Below, one piece after another: positions 52,616-64,000 of a stretch of 64,000 bases of DNA. The notes beneath the pieces were generated by a model. It made no database searches, had not been told where the DNA came from, and saw nothing but the letters and a program-made list of their open reading frames with translations. The position numbers and the translations under genes are program-made. Position 1 is the stretch's first letter. Each line of letters begins with the position of its first letter. This stretch comes from Camelus dromedarius (Eukaryota). The stretch lies in assembly GCF_036321535.1 (NCBI RefSeq), contig NC_087437.1:106022001-106086000 (forward strand), written 5' to 3'.

Positions 52616-53361
52616 CAAGGAATCAGTGAGAAATATAGTACTGAGGTGGGAGTGGACCACGTGTGTTCAGAAAATGGCAAGCAGTTAAGACGAGCTAGGA
52701 TGTAACATTCATGTTGGAGAGTAGAGAAAAATATCAGAGGACTTGAGTGAGAATTGGGAACCCTGGAATTCCTTGAGTACGTATTTCTTCCTAGTTGTCT
52801 AATGTTTCTGGCAGTTACTGGCCTCCACTTTCTCTTGAAAGGCCCACTATTTCTAGAAGCACAACAGCATTACTCAAATAACCAGCCAGCAATCACGAAA
52901 GTGGAAACGATGTTAGCTGCTCATTCAGAGCATGCCCTAAACATAATTGAGCAAAGAGTTCGATATTACCAAAGCCGAGGAACAGTGAAAATTCTACATT
53001 CAAGAACTTTATTAATGTCCCAAGAGGACCCTCATAATGAGACTGTGCAGAGAACTTTATTATAAAGAGGCACTTAAGCATCCTTTCTGTTAACCTCAGA
53101 ATGCAAGCTGCTTATCCATTTGCTTTTAAAGTCACCTCTAGTGATTTGCAGTTCTTTTGGAAACACCTTTATTTGAGTAGATAGATCTACTCACCCAGCT
53201 TCTTTTGCTTTGTGTTGTTATGGTTAAATGTGTTAGAATGATGCAGTAACAGAGCAAGCGTTGCCCTTACGTTTCAAGCAGCTAAGGTATAAGAAATTAG
53301 TGTGAATGTGTAATTAGAACACCAATACCACCTATTGGTGCAACTGACACTGTAATGGTGT

Positions 53362-53975
53362 TCTAGATCCTTGCTATACAGAGTGGGTCCACAAAACAGC
53401 AGCAGCAATAGCCTTACGTGAGAGTTGTTAGATCACATCAGCAACGTGGATGGACCTGGAATACTACTCAGCCATGCAAAAGGATGAAACAATGCCATTT
53501 GCAGCAACACGGATGGACCTAGAGATTATCATACTAAGTGAAGTAAGTCAGAGACAGACAAATATCATATATCACTTATATGTGGAATCTAAAAAAAAAT
53601 GACAAAAAGGAACTTCCTTACAAAACAGAAACAGACTCACAGACATAGAAAACAAACTTATGGTTACCAGAGGGGAGGGAGAGGAGGAGGGATAAATTAG
53701 GCATTTGGGATTTGCTATATATAAAATAGATAAACAACAAGATCCTACTGAATACCACAGAGAACAATATTTAATATCTTGTAATAACCTATAGTTAAAA
53801 TAAGAAAAAAGCATATACATATATATGTATAACTGAATCACTATGCTGTACACCAGAAACTAACATAACATTGTAAATCAACTACAATTTAAAAAAAAAG
53901 AAATGCGGACTCTCAGGTGCCACCCCATACCTACTCAAGATTTTTCTATCTTTATGCTCAGCAGTCCTTAGCATG
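53362..53975 (+). mobile_element. MER5A split by a young L1 3' end (L1 about 53433-53900)
   Basis: gtgggtcc...cagcagc...gttag | L1 | aaatgcggactctcagg...ccccatacctact. Confidence 0.8.
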
Positions 53976-54514
53976 TGTGTGTCTCCTTATGGTCCCAAGA
54001 AGAAAGAACCACCCCATGTCTGGGTTCCAGGCAGAAGAAAAGAAGTGGAAAATCAAAGAGCCTGACACTGCCTGCCTTTTTAGAGCCTGTCCAGGAAACC
54101 CTACCAGGAACATTGGCTTCCATCTCATTGGTCCACAACCAGACCTCAGGGGTTCAATACCAGCCCAAACAAATGTGTGTCCTGTTGGTAATAAAGAAGA
54201 GACTAATGCAGTGGACAGCAAAGAGTATCCACTACCCCTGGACTCTCTCCTCAAGTTTACACCTCTGACAAATCTAACACAATCATTGATTCCTCAGTGT
54301 GTTTCCTGTTGCTTTGTACAGGACACATTAAAAATAGGAATGAGGTTCTGAGATAATCATGGCATTCCTTGAGCACTTGCTATGTATCAAGACCCAGACT
54401 AAATATTTCACATGTTACCATATAACAAGTGCTACATGAGGCTTGGTAAGTCTTACATCGTATATCATGCATCTTATTATATCCCATATTTAAGTGTTAT
54501 ATGTAGTACTTGTT

Positions 54515-55085
54515 CTATGATCAACCTGGTTAAGGTAGGAACTACATTTCCCAAAATCATCTTTCTTGTCTTGTTCCACATTAGAGCTGGCCAAAAGGGG
54601 AACACGTGAGAGATTTGGAAGCAGAAGTGAAAATAATCAGCCTTGTTCTTCGAAGGTCCTTTTGCGGTCAGATGCAAGTTTGCCCAGGAGATCTCAGCTT
54701 GACCTCACTGTCATCTGCTCCACGTTATATATCTTCTTCCTAATTGCTGGCCCTGCTGACCAAGAGCAGCCTCAGGGCCACTGACATTTGGCTGAAACTC
54801 ACACAGGTGGTAGATATACAAAGGAAAGGTTCCCATGGACTTCTCCAAAGCTTCTCCCTCAAGGTTCCATGGTGGTTGAATACTCTTGGATTTCTTGCAT
54901 CTCCCCCTGCTCATTCTTACTTGTCCACTGCCACTGGAATTTCAGGAAGGCTAGTGATGGACCGTGACTCTCATCCTCCATCCTCCCCTTCTCTTTACTT
55001 ACTTAGCTTCTCCTGCAATTGATAAGATCCCTTTCCTTTAATAGACCCCTTATCACGTAGCCCTCATCATGGCTCTGCTTCACTG
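54515..55085 (+). mobile_element. Old ERVL-class LTR
   Basis: ggaactacatttcccaaaatc...gagatttggaag...ctctgcttc...ctctgactg. Confidence 0.6.
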
Positions 55086-56069
55086 ACTTGAGCTCTGACT
55101 GTTCTAATGCAAGCAGTCATGTCTTTCCAACCCTGTTTTAAAAATTAATCAACCTGATAGCAGTTAGATAAACAAACAAAAATGTTTGTGTATTCAACTG
55201 TAGAAGGAACTGAGTCCTGAATTTTTAGTTCTCATATAACTTCAGTGAAACAAACTCTTCCCTGATATTTGTAAAAAGCAATCTTCATTGTGTTCAGTTG
55301 TACACCATCTGTTTTTATCTTCCTCCAGTCTCTGGCCACTTGAATACATCTCCCACCCCACTGCCACAGTAACTGTAGCTCTAATTAGTCAGTCCATTGG
55401 GTAAAATCCTTGGGTGGCAGCCGATTGCCTAATGAATAGAATTCAACTTATTATATGCCAAAGAATGGCCCTTCCCAAAGGTTTTGATATTTCTTTGGAG
55501 CAACAGCTCTTACCACTGCCCCCCAAGTACTCTATTCCCTGGTGACACTGAGCTCATCCCTCTTTTTCACATCTTATTTTACCCACGGCTATGCATTTGC
55601 CTATGACATACCATTTGCCTGGTCCTTCCTCTCTTCTCTGGCTACTGAAATCCTAGTCATCCTTCAGATGCTGACTCCTCGGTGATGTCTTCCCAGCCCT
55701 GCTGGGTTAATAGGTATCTCCTTTGTGTGCTTATTTGTGACAATGTCCCGTAATTTATTTGCTTAAATATCTGTGGGCTTCACTCTATTTTGAGCAGTTG
55801 GTAGTACCACTGACTAGCATAATCGCTGACACATGGTTTAGTCAATTAATATATTCAGACATTCTGAGAAAATGTTTCTTTTTTCTTAACAGGGTTAGTT
55901 TGGCTCTTTGCAGGCTATACATGATAGAGGTTGGTTCAAATATAAATATGAGATTTTGAATATGTAAAGATGCATTAAAAGTTTAAGCAAACAGTGTAAA
56001 AATACAAATGCATGTTGTGTGACCACAAAGGAGAGAGATTGTTTTACATATATTTATTCATATATATGT

Positions 56070-58022
56070 ATAATGAATTTGATTAGACTTAATCCATAAT
56101 TTAAAACTTTCTCACAAAGAAAACTCCAGGCTCAGAAGAATTCTTACCAACATTTAAGGAAGAACTAATAGCAAATTCACACAAACTCTTTCAGAGATTA
56201 AGGAAAGAAGGAATGTTTCCCAACTCATTTTATGAAGTTAGCATAATAATGATACATTCAAAAAATACTGATTAGTATCTCTCATGAACATAGATACAAA
56301 AATCCTTAATAAAATATTAGCAAACAGAGTCACATACTATATAAAAAAAGAGGAGAGGAAGTGGAGTTTATCCCCAGAATACAAGGTTGTTTTAACATTT
56401 GAACACCAATCAGTATCATTTGACACATTAACAGAAAAAGGGGAAAAATCATTTTATCAAAGGATAGCAAAAAGGCATTTGATAAAAAAACACACTTGGT
56501 CATGATAAAAACTGACAGCAAAAAATAATAAAAGGGAAATTCCTTAATCAGATAAATAGAAGCCCCTTAATCTGATAATCTGATAAAACTGCATCTACAA
56601 ATCACCTACAGCTACCATTATTAGTTCCATTCACCATTGTACAGAAATTCTAGTAAGTGCAGTAAATTAAAAGGGAGGGGGAGTATAAAGATTGGAGTGA
56701 AAGAAAACTGTCATTATTTACAGATGAAATGTTAGTGTATATAGACAGTTCAAAACAACATACATTACAAATCAGTAGCATTATTAACTGAATTTAACAA
56801 AAACTCTAGATACAAGAATAGTATGTAAAGATCAATTATGTTTCTACACACTAGCAACAATTAGAAAATACAACTTTTAAAAATTTATAATAGCATCGGA
56901 AATAAAATATCTTGGAAAAAATCTAACAAAAGTTAAACAAGACCTCTAAAATGAAAACTATAAAACATTGCTGAGAGATTTTTTAAAGACCTAAATAATG
57001 GACAGATACCCCACAAGGATAGATTAGAAGACTCAATATTATTGAAATCTTAATTAGCCACAAATCAAAATTCCAGTAGTTTTTACTGTGGAAATAGATA
57101 GATGATTCTAAGATGTATATAGATAGCCAAAAACCTAGCATAGCCAAAACAACAGTGAGGAAGAATTAAGTTGAAAATTGTATATAATTCAACTTCACAA
57201 CTTACTAAAAGCTACAGCAATTGACACTAGGTATTGGGAATTAGTATAAGAATAGATAAATAGACCAGTGAAACTGACCACCAGCTTGAGTGATAGTCCC
57301 AAAAGGATGTGTCCGTGTTCTAACCTCCAGAACCATTGAAAATGATCTATTTGGAAAAAGAGATGTGATTAGATCATCTGTGTAATTAAATTAAGGTGGG
57401 CCCTAAATCCAATGACAGGCATCCTTATAAGAGAAAAGCAGAGGGAGATTTGAGACACAGACACCCTGTGGAGAAGGCAGAGACTGCAGTCACAAAGCTC
57501 TAAGCAAAGAAATATATGGAGCCACCAGAGGCTGGAAGAAGCAAGAAAGGATTCTGCCCTAAAGCCTTCGGAGGGAACTTGATCCGGCCAATATTTGATT
57601 TCACACATCTGGTGGCCTCCACAACTGAGAGGAAATACATTTCTTTTGTCTTAAGCCACCCAGTTTGTAGTATTGTGTTAATGCCACCCTAGGGAGCTAA
57701 TACAAGAAGAAACAGAAAAGATTCCAAACACAGACCTACTTTTACAGGGTAACTTGAACAACAACACAGCAGCGCAGTTCAGTTGGGGCAAGAAGGTCTT
57801 TTCAGTAAATGGTTTGGAGTCAACTGAATATTCACGAGGGGGGAAAAAAACCTTATCTCACACCATACACAAAATTAATTTGATATCGACCATAGACCTA
57901 AACATGAAAGTTAAAATAATCGAGCTTCTGGATGCGAGCACAGGAGAATGTATCTTTATATCCTTGGGATAGTCAGCGATTACTTGAAAAAGCACTAACC
58001 ATAAAAAGAAACTATTATTAAA
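56070..58022 (+). mobile_element. Old L1M ORF2 fragment with nested MLT1 LTR (about 57275-57704)
   Basis: MNIDTKILNKILANR (L1 ORF2 RT); MLT1 ccctaaatccaatgac...gagccaccagaggctggaag...aataca. Confidence 0.88.
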
Positions 58023-58026
58023 TATC

Positions 58027-58225
58027 ATGTGGTAGGCAGAGTAATAGCCCCCCACAAGATGTCCACATCCTAACCCTCAGAATTTATAAATATGGTAGAT
58101 TACATTGTAAAATGGGATTAAGGTTGAGATGAAATTAGGTTTGCTGGCTTTGAAGGTGGAAAATGTGAACACAAGGCAAGAAATGGAGAAGCTACATTCC
58201 TAGAAGCTGGAAAAAGCAGGGGAAT
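58027..58225 (+). mobile_element. MLT1 5' fragment
   Basis: tgtggtaggcagagtaatagcccc...agatgtccacatcctaa. Confidence 0.75.
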
Positions 58226-59128
58226 AACCTGCTGCAGCTTCTACATCAGCACTTGCTGTTTCATCTTGAACTTTGATGTTATAGAGATGATTTCTTTCCT
58301 TAAACCTCGTGAAGCCACCTCTGCTAGCTTCATAGTTTTCTTTGGAAGTTTCCTCACCTCTCTCAGCCTTCACAGAATGAAGAGAGTTAACGCCTTGCTC
58401 TGGATTAATTAGGCTTTAGCTTAAGGGAATGTTGTGGCTGGTTTGATCTTCTATCCAGACCACTAAAACTTTCTCCATATCAGCAATAAGGCTGTTTCAC
58501 TTTCTTATAATTCATGCATCACTGGAGTATTACTTTTAATTTCCTTCAAGAACTTTACTTTTGCATTCACAACTTGGCTAACTGTTTGGCACAAGAGACC
58601 TAGCCTTCAGCCTGTCTCAGCTTTTGACATGCCTTCCTCACTAAGCTTAATCATTTCTAGCTTTTGATTTAAATTGAGACAAATGTGACTCTCTCTTTCA
58701 CTTGAACACTTAGAGGTCATTGTAGAGTTATTAATTGGCCTAATTTCAATGTTGTTATATCTCAGGGAATAGGAAGACTCAAGGAAAGGGGAGGAGATGG
58801 AGGAACAGCTGGTCAGTGGAGCTGTCAGAACACACACAACGTTTATCAACTAAGTTCTCCGTCTTACACGGGCGTGGCTTGTGGTGTTGCAAAACAATTA
58901 CAATATATCAAAGATCTCTGATCACAGATCACCATAACAGACATAATAATAATGGAAAAGTTTGAAATATTGCAAGAATTACCAAGTGTGACACACAGAC
59001 CCAAAGTGAGCAAATGATGTTGGATAAAAGGCGCCAACAGACTTGTTCAGGGCAGGGTTGCCATAAACCTTCAGTTTGTAAAAAATACAATTATCTGCTA
59101 AGTACAACAAAGCAAGATATGCTTATAT
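58226..59128 (-). mobile_element. Tigger1 (TcMar) 5' half with decayed transposase N-terminus
   Basis: MTSKCSSERESHICLNLNQKLEMIKLSEEGMSKAETG* (ATG at 58720) matches the Tigger1/TIGD1 CENP-B-type HTH; 5' terminal repeat near 59100-59128; truncated after the ADVEAAA-like motif. Confidence 0.93.
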
Positions 59129-62100
59129 ACCAAGGCCTCCTCCTTGACCTCCAGAACATTTCCTCCTTGGCTTTCTAGGGCCCAAGATTCCTCTGAAGGG
59201 GACGGTGGTCCAAAATCAGACATCTTACATGAAAATGAAAAATCTTTCAAAGAGACCATATAAAACAAAAAGGGAAATGATCCAATTTGGAAGTAGGACA
59301 GAGAAGGAGAGCTCAAAATTCAAAGAAAAATCCATGCTGAAGGTAAACATTCTTTCACTTATTGCTACTTTCTTCCTCATCACCCAAGCCCAACTATGTG
59401 ACCTTGTCCACATCCTGTATCACACATCTTTCCCCATGGAGATGAATGGGGCATGGCAGGAGGCTTCCCTTCCAGAGGTGCTGGGTTTCCTCTGGAGGTG
59501 AGAATATTCATCCATTTTAAAAAGCTATTTTTTAAAAAGTGCCTCAGAAAAGCAAGCTAGTAAGTTATAAAGTCAACTTCTCCACTCTCAGCCCTGCTTT
59601 AAATAAGATCCAAAATTATTGACCAAAGTTGTATAAAATTGCCTTAAAAAGTAAGCCAATTTCATTTTTCCAAGCCCCAACCTTCATTTACCTACCTTAT
59701 CTCTCTTTATACTCCCTGTTTCTTTCCTAAGCTCCAGTCACACAATGCTCTCAGTAAACCAAGCAAACCAAGTCCCCTTCAGAGGAACCTTTGGTCTTAG
59801 ATACACAATAAGGGCTCAGTATTAAGATTTGCTGAACATGCACATTCCCTCGGGGTGGCTAGCATCACCCCAAGTATTGTGCTCTCCCACGCCCACTTTT
59901 AGAAATGTTACTTCTTCTTCAAGGTACGTGCATTGACATCTTTTCCATAAAGTATCTCCTGACTCCCTGAGTTGTAATTCTCTCTCTTCTTTGTGCTCCC
60001 AGAAAAATGGTTTGTAGTACGATTATAAAGCTTGCTATATCTCTCTTCATGATCCATGGTTATGCCATCTCCCCTGATGAGGAAACTCAGCCTTTGCATC
60101 CCCATCAGCAGAAACTGATTTTTTGTGTTCAAAAGTTAGCTCCACCTGCAGACAATATCCTACGTGCTTCATTCCCTAACTGTCATAATCCCCTTTGTTC
60201 TCTGGAACAAATATGGTGGCGTCGTTGTTTTGTTTTGTTTTATAAATAAACCTGAAAATCTTTTCAGACATATTTTTGCATTGTTTACTACAACCCCTTT
60301 TCTTTTCAAAATGTAAATTGGAATCTGGTCACATATATGTTTGACCTCCATAACATTTGCTCCACACTTTTTTTCAAAATGTAGACTTGCATCTCTTTTT
60401 GAATGTATATTAGAAGTTTATAAGTTTACTTATTTGTGTATTTGTGAGTACAAGGGCCTCCCTCACCTTTGCATCCAAAAACAATGCCTGGAAATGTCAG
60501 GGGAATCTTGGGTATTATTCATGTATAAAAAGAGACTGAAGTGTAATGGTCCTTGGCCTCCAGCTGGTAGTCAGTCCTCCTCATTTCTCTTTGTGGGCAG
60601 AGTTTTAAGTCAATGTTGAGTCTATGGGCTCATTTTCACAATTACCTGGTGTTGCCATCAGGATCTGGAGCAACACAGACCCTGATGATAGTGGAGGGAG
60701 CTGTGGGACGAGAACCAAGTAAGGATACGATAAGACCTCATGCTTCTCTACTGTCATGGCCTCCTCCTCCTCCTCCATCCACTGCCAAGGGGTTCCAGCC
60801 ACAGCTGCGTCCCCGGGCTGCTTTCAATTCAGAATGGCTTTTGTCCTCTTAGGTAGGAGTTGTAAACCAAACCCATCTGTCTGTCTAAGCTTTCTGTCAC
60901 CCCTTTTCACTCTTTAAAAAAAGGGGGGGGAGAAAGGAAAGAAAGGAAAGAAAAAAGGAAAGAGAGTCAAACATCTAGGATGCATTTTTTTTAAATATTT
61001 GAAAGTCTTATTTACATTTATATTTGTAGCCCTTCCAATAGAGAAGCTTCAATAGCAAGAGAGCATTTAAGGAAACAGACAAGACAGGAAATCAGCCATG
61101 GGCACTTGGAGAATCTACAAAGTCTCAGAATTCAGGGATATCCCCTTCTGGGCCCCTACTTTTACATCTGTATTGACAGTCTTCATAAGAAGAGAGAGCC
61201 TCTCTGTCTTGCTAATTATAATATTACCAAGAGTTACCACGGGTGGGTAACAAGTGTTCAAAGGAGAGGAAGGAAGAGAGAAAAAGAGAGAGGGAGAGGG
61301 GGATGAAAGTGTTATTTTGCCCTCATTCTGTATTGCAATTTTCTCCTTTTCTCCTTTTAAGTAACAACCACAATCTACCTACATCAAGAGACTGATCTTA
61401 GATAATCATTATGGAGATTATAAATATCCTTTTTCATATCATGTCTCATATGTATACTGACTTTAAATCAACCTCAATACAGTTTCCCTCTGTTTCATAT
61501 TTTCTCCCACATAATCTTTCTTCTTTGAACATTTCAACATGCTTGGTAGTATTTACTAATGGTATTTCTAGGGTAGCTTCAATATATTATAGGGCCTCTC
61601 AGAGACCCTCTTAAAAAGTTTTCCCTTACCAAAACATTGACAGGAAAAGGTAAAGGATTGTTGACAAATTCTTCTAATACACATAGATTCTTCTTTAGTA
61701 GTCCTTGAACTTAACAGGAAAATTTAGTTTTCAACAGCATGCTATTATAGCTTGGGAATGTGTATATTTAGAAAATCCAGTTTAAAAGGCTACTGATTGG
61801 AAACATTTTTCTTTGAGACATAAAAATTACATCAATCACCTGGAATATAATATAGTACTGCAAAATGATTATCTATTGTCTAGAGGGCAAAATAATGCTT
61901 CATCCTGGTTTGTAATTTTAAATTTAGTAAGTGCCAATGATAAACGTCTTTATAGGGATATAAATGCAATCCAAAATTAAAATTTAAAACCTTTTGAACA
62001 GAAAGAGGTTTGGAATTCAGTGAGGCAACTTACTTGAAACAATCTATAACCTAAAGGTGTTTTTAACAGCTCAACCACGTCAACTCATACATTTGTTTCT

Positions 62101-63599
62101 GATACGGTCTTGAATCAGCCCAGGAAGATTTTGAATAATAACATGGACCAAGACTTATCGTGAAGTGTATAAATCACTTTTGACATATATGTTCATAACA
62201 GCAGCCTTCAGAAGAAAAGGGAACAGTGAAAGTTCTAAGAAACTGGACAGGAATACTTCCTAACGTTCGGTGGTTTAGATGAGTTGCCAAATTCTAAGTT
62301 GTAAAAGTATATGTAGTTTGCATAAAAAAAAGAGATAATTTTATTCACTATGCAGACAAAAAGTCCCTTTGAACGTGCTCTATTTGGGGGTAATTTTGTG
62401 ACTCAAAGAGTTCTTCATATTTCCCCAGGGATGCTTTAATCATTTCTCTTTTGCCCTTTAAAGACCTCAAAAAATCCAGTTATGTGTCATAAAAGTACAT
62501 GTGTACCAGAGACATTCAGAATATATATTTCCAGTTAAATAATTAAGAGTGGCAGAGTAGGTCTTTGTGAGCTAAAGAACAGCTTTCCCATATAATTGAA
62601 CATAGACCCTTAAAACTCAGTATTTCACAATAACTCCTTAATATTCACTAAGGGATCCCCAATGTCCAAACCAAAGTATTGTGGTCCTGAGAGATTTTCT
62701 ACATTGCATGGTTCAGCCAAAGGACACATGCTGGAGCAATAGCTAAGGTATAGGGAAATTCAATGAAAAAAAAATTTTTTTTAAATAAACTAAACCCGAA
62801 TCTTCACAACCAAGCTAAGCCAGCAAATGTCTGGATTCAGACACAAGGACTGTAACTCAAAGGGGTATTTTTTTGGAGCATGAAAGTAATTTCTGTGACC
62901 TCGTAAGCCAGAATTAACTGCACCATCCTATAAAGGTCATTCCCGGATGGGGCAATAATCTTTTTCTTCTGTACTTGCCATTATTTGTTCTGATATTTCC
63001 TTCACTCATTCTCCACATTTCAGAGAAATTGATGACTCTCTCTATTATCAGAATTTTTCATTATTTCATTAACTTAAATGTATTTTTAGTCCGGAAGCAT
63101 ACATTTATGCAAAATGACATCTGTCTTTGACCTTTATTCCCTGCACTCACGGCTGCTTGTGACATCTCTAGTCTGGGTGGCCTCCTTTTGCCAGCTAACT
63201 TCCATGAGTGGCAGGGCTGACTCTACCTTGTTGGTTTACACTTCTTTTTCCTGCTGAGGGTCTGAAAGACTTTCGTTAGAATTTCTCTAAGCCACAGCTC
63301 CTTCGGGCCTCGCACAATTCCTGTTTCATCGCATCCCTCGTTCCAAGAGTGTGAAGAAGTGTCTATATTCTGTTCATTTTTCTATTAAAATCTAAATCCA
63401 TCCAAGAGCCTCTTGGATGTTGCTCCTTTCCTGTTAGAGATTTATAGTTGTTATTTAGAAAGAATCTTTTAATCCCTCTGGAACCACGTGTCTGTGCACC
63501 AGGATCCCTGATAGGGAATTACAGCACTTTTTCCGTCTTAGTTGTATTTGAAATTTGTTTTAAAAAAAAAAAAAAAAAAACAGAATGACATATCTGAGT

Positions 63600-63925
63600 G
63601 CCTGGAGTTGCACTCCCTTCAGTGTTTTGATTTCCAAGAACAGGCTATTCACATACGGTTACTTCTACCCAGAATGTCCTTCCTCCCCTTCTCTTTCTGG
63701 CCAATTTTCTGTCATCCTCAAAGGGGATCTACTTAGTAATCACTTTTTCTCTGAAGCCTTCAGTCCCCCATCTCTGTTCTTCCCCAACATTTCACATGTT
63801 AACACCCTCTTAACACTTAGCACTCTATTAACCTCTATTAACACTTAGCACATTGAGTTGCCTGGACCGTGAGTTCTTGCAAGAAAGTCTGTTGACCTTG
63901 AAATCCCCAGAGCTTATATGTTAAG
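63600..63925 (+). mobile_element. L2 3' fragment with a local tandem duplication (63807-63853)
   Basis: tctctgaagccttc..., ggaccgtgagttcttg. Confidence 0.55.
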
Positions 63926-64000
63926 CTCATTCATTCATTCATCTACCTCTTTACTCATAGAATCATGCCTTTTAAAATACTTTTCCAGAGCCTACTGTAT

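Noticed and set aside
53917..54351. Longest ORF in the track (144 aa)
   Set aside because: Non-ATG start, overlaps MER5A and MLT-like fossils, no recognisable domain
58226..58720. TIGD1-like domesticated gene
   Set aside because: Early stop, frameshifts and truncation indicate an ordinary Tigger1 fossil
59205..59501. 98-aa ORF with an internal AAG|GTAAAC donor
   Set aside because: Non-ATG start, no homology recognised, no convincing acceptor
60645..60680. GTGTTGC...GCAACAC hairpin (pre-miRNA or RFX box)
   Set aside because: Stem too short for a pre-miRNA, and spacing wrong for an X-box
1..64000. Prokaryote-type systems (CRISPR arrays, operons, rRNA/tRNA genes)
   Set aside because: The sequence is mammalian repeat-rich DNA. 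I saw no repeat-spacer array, long ORFs or structural RNA genes.

Overview
This is mammalian (eutherian) non-coding genomic DNA, AT-rich and dominated by transposon fossils. The young L1 3' ends are of the Cetartiodactyla type. I saw no Bov-tA/CHR/PRE-1-type SINEs, so a camelid source is my best guess (inference only). No intact protein-coding gene or recognisable coding exon was found, and most of the ORF track is noise or repeat-derived. The one clear gene-derived feature is a degraded processed pseudogene of RPL7 (minus strand, about 38.4-39.15 kb). Repeats include many 5'-truncated L1s with target-site duplications (TSDs), a twin-primed 5'-inverted L1, old L1M, L2, L3, MIR, MaLR/ERVL LTRs, MER33/MER20/MER5A and a Tigger1 5' half. 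I cannot support a new multi-gene system. The most unusual signals are: (1) a decayed frame resembling a Penelope-like reverse transcriptase (about 27.0-27.5 kb); (2) a decayed frame resembling a hAT transposase core (about 40.45-40.85 kb); (3) two atypical poly(A)+TSD retro-insertions; (4) a perfect 24-bp RUNX/E-box palindrome; (5) several splice-site-bounded segments that may belong to an unannotated minus-strand transcript. Repeat subfamily names come from memory of consensus sequences, and old-repeat boundaries are approximate.
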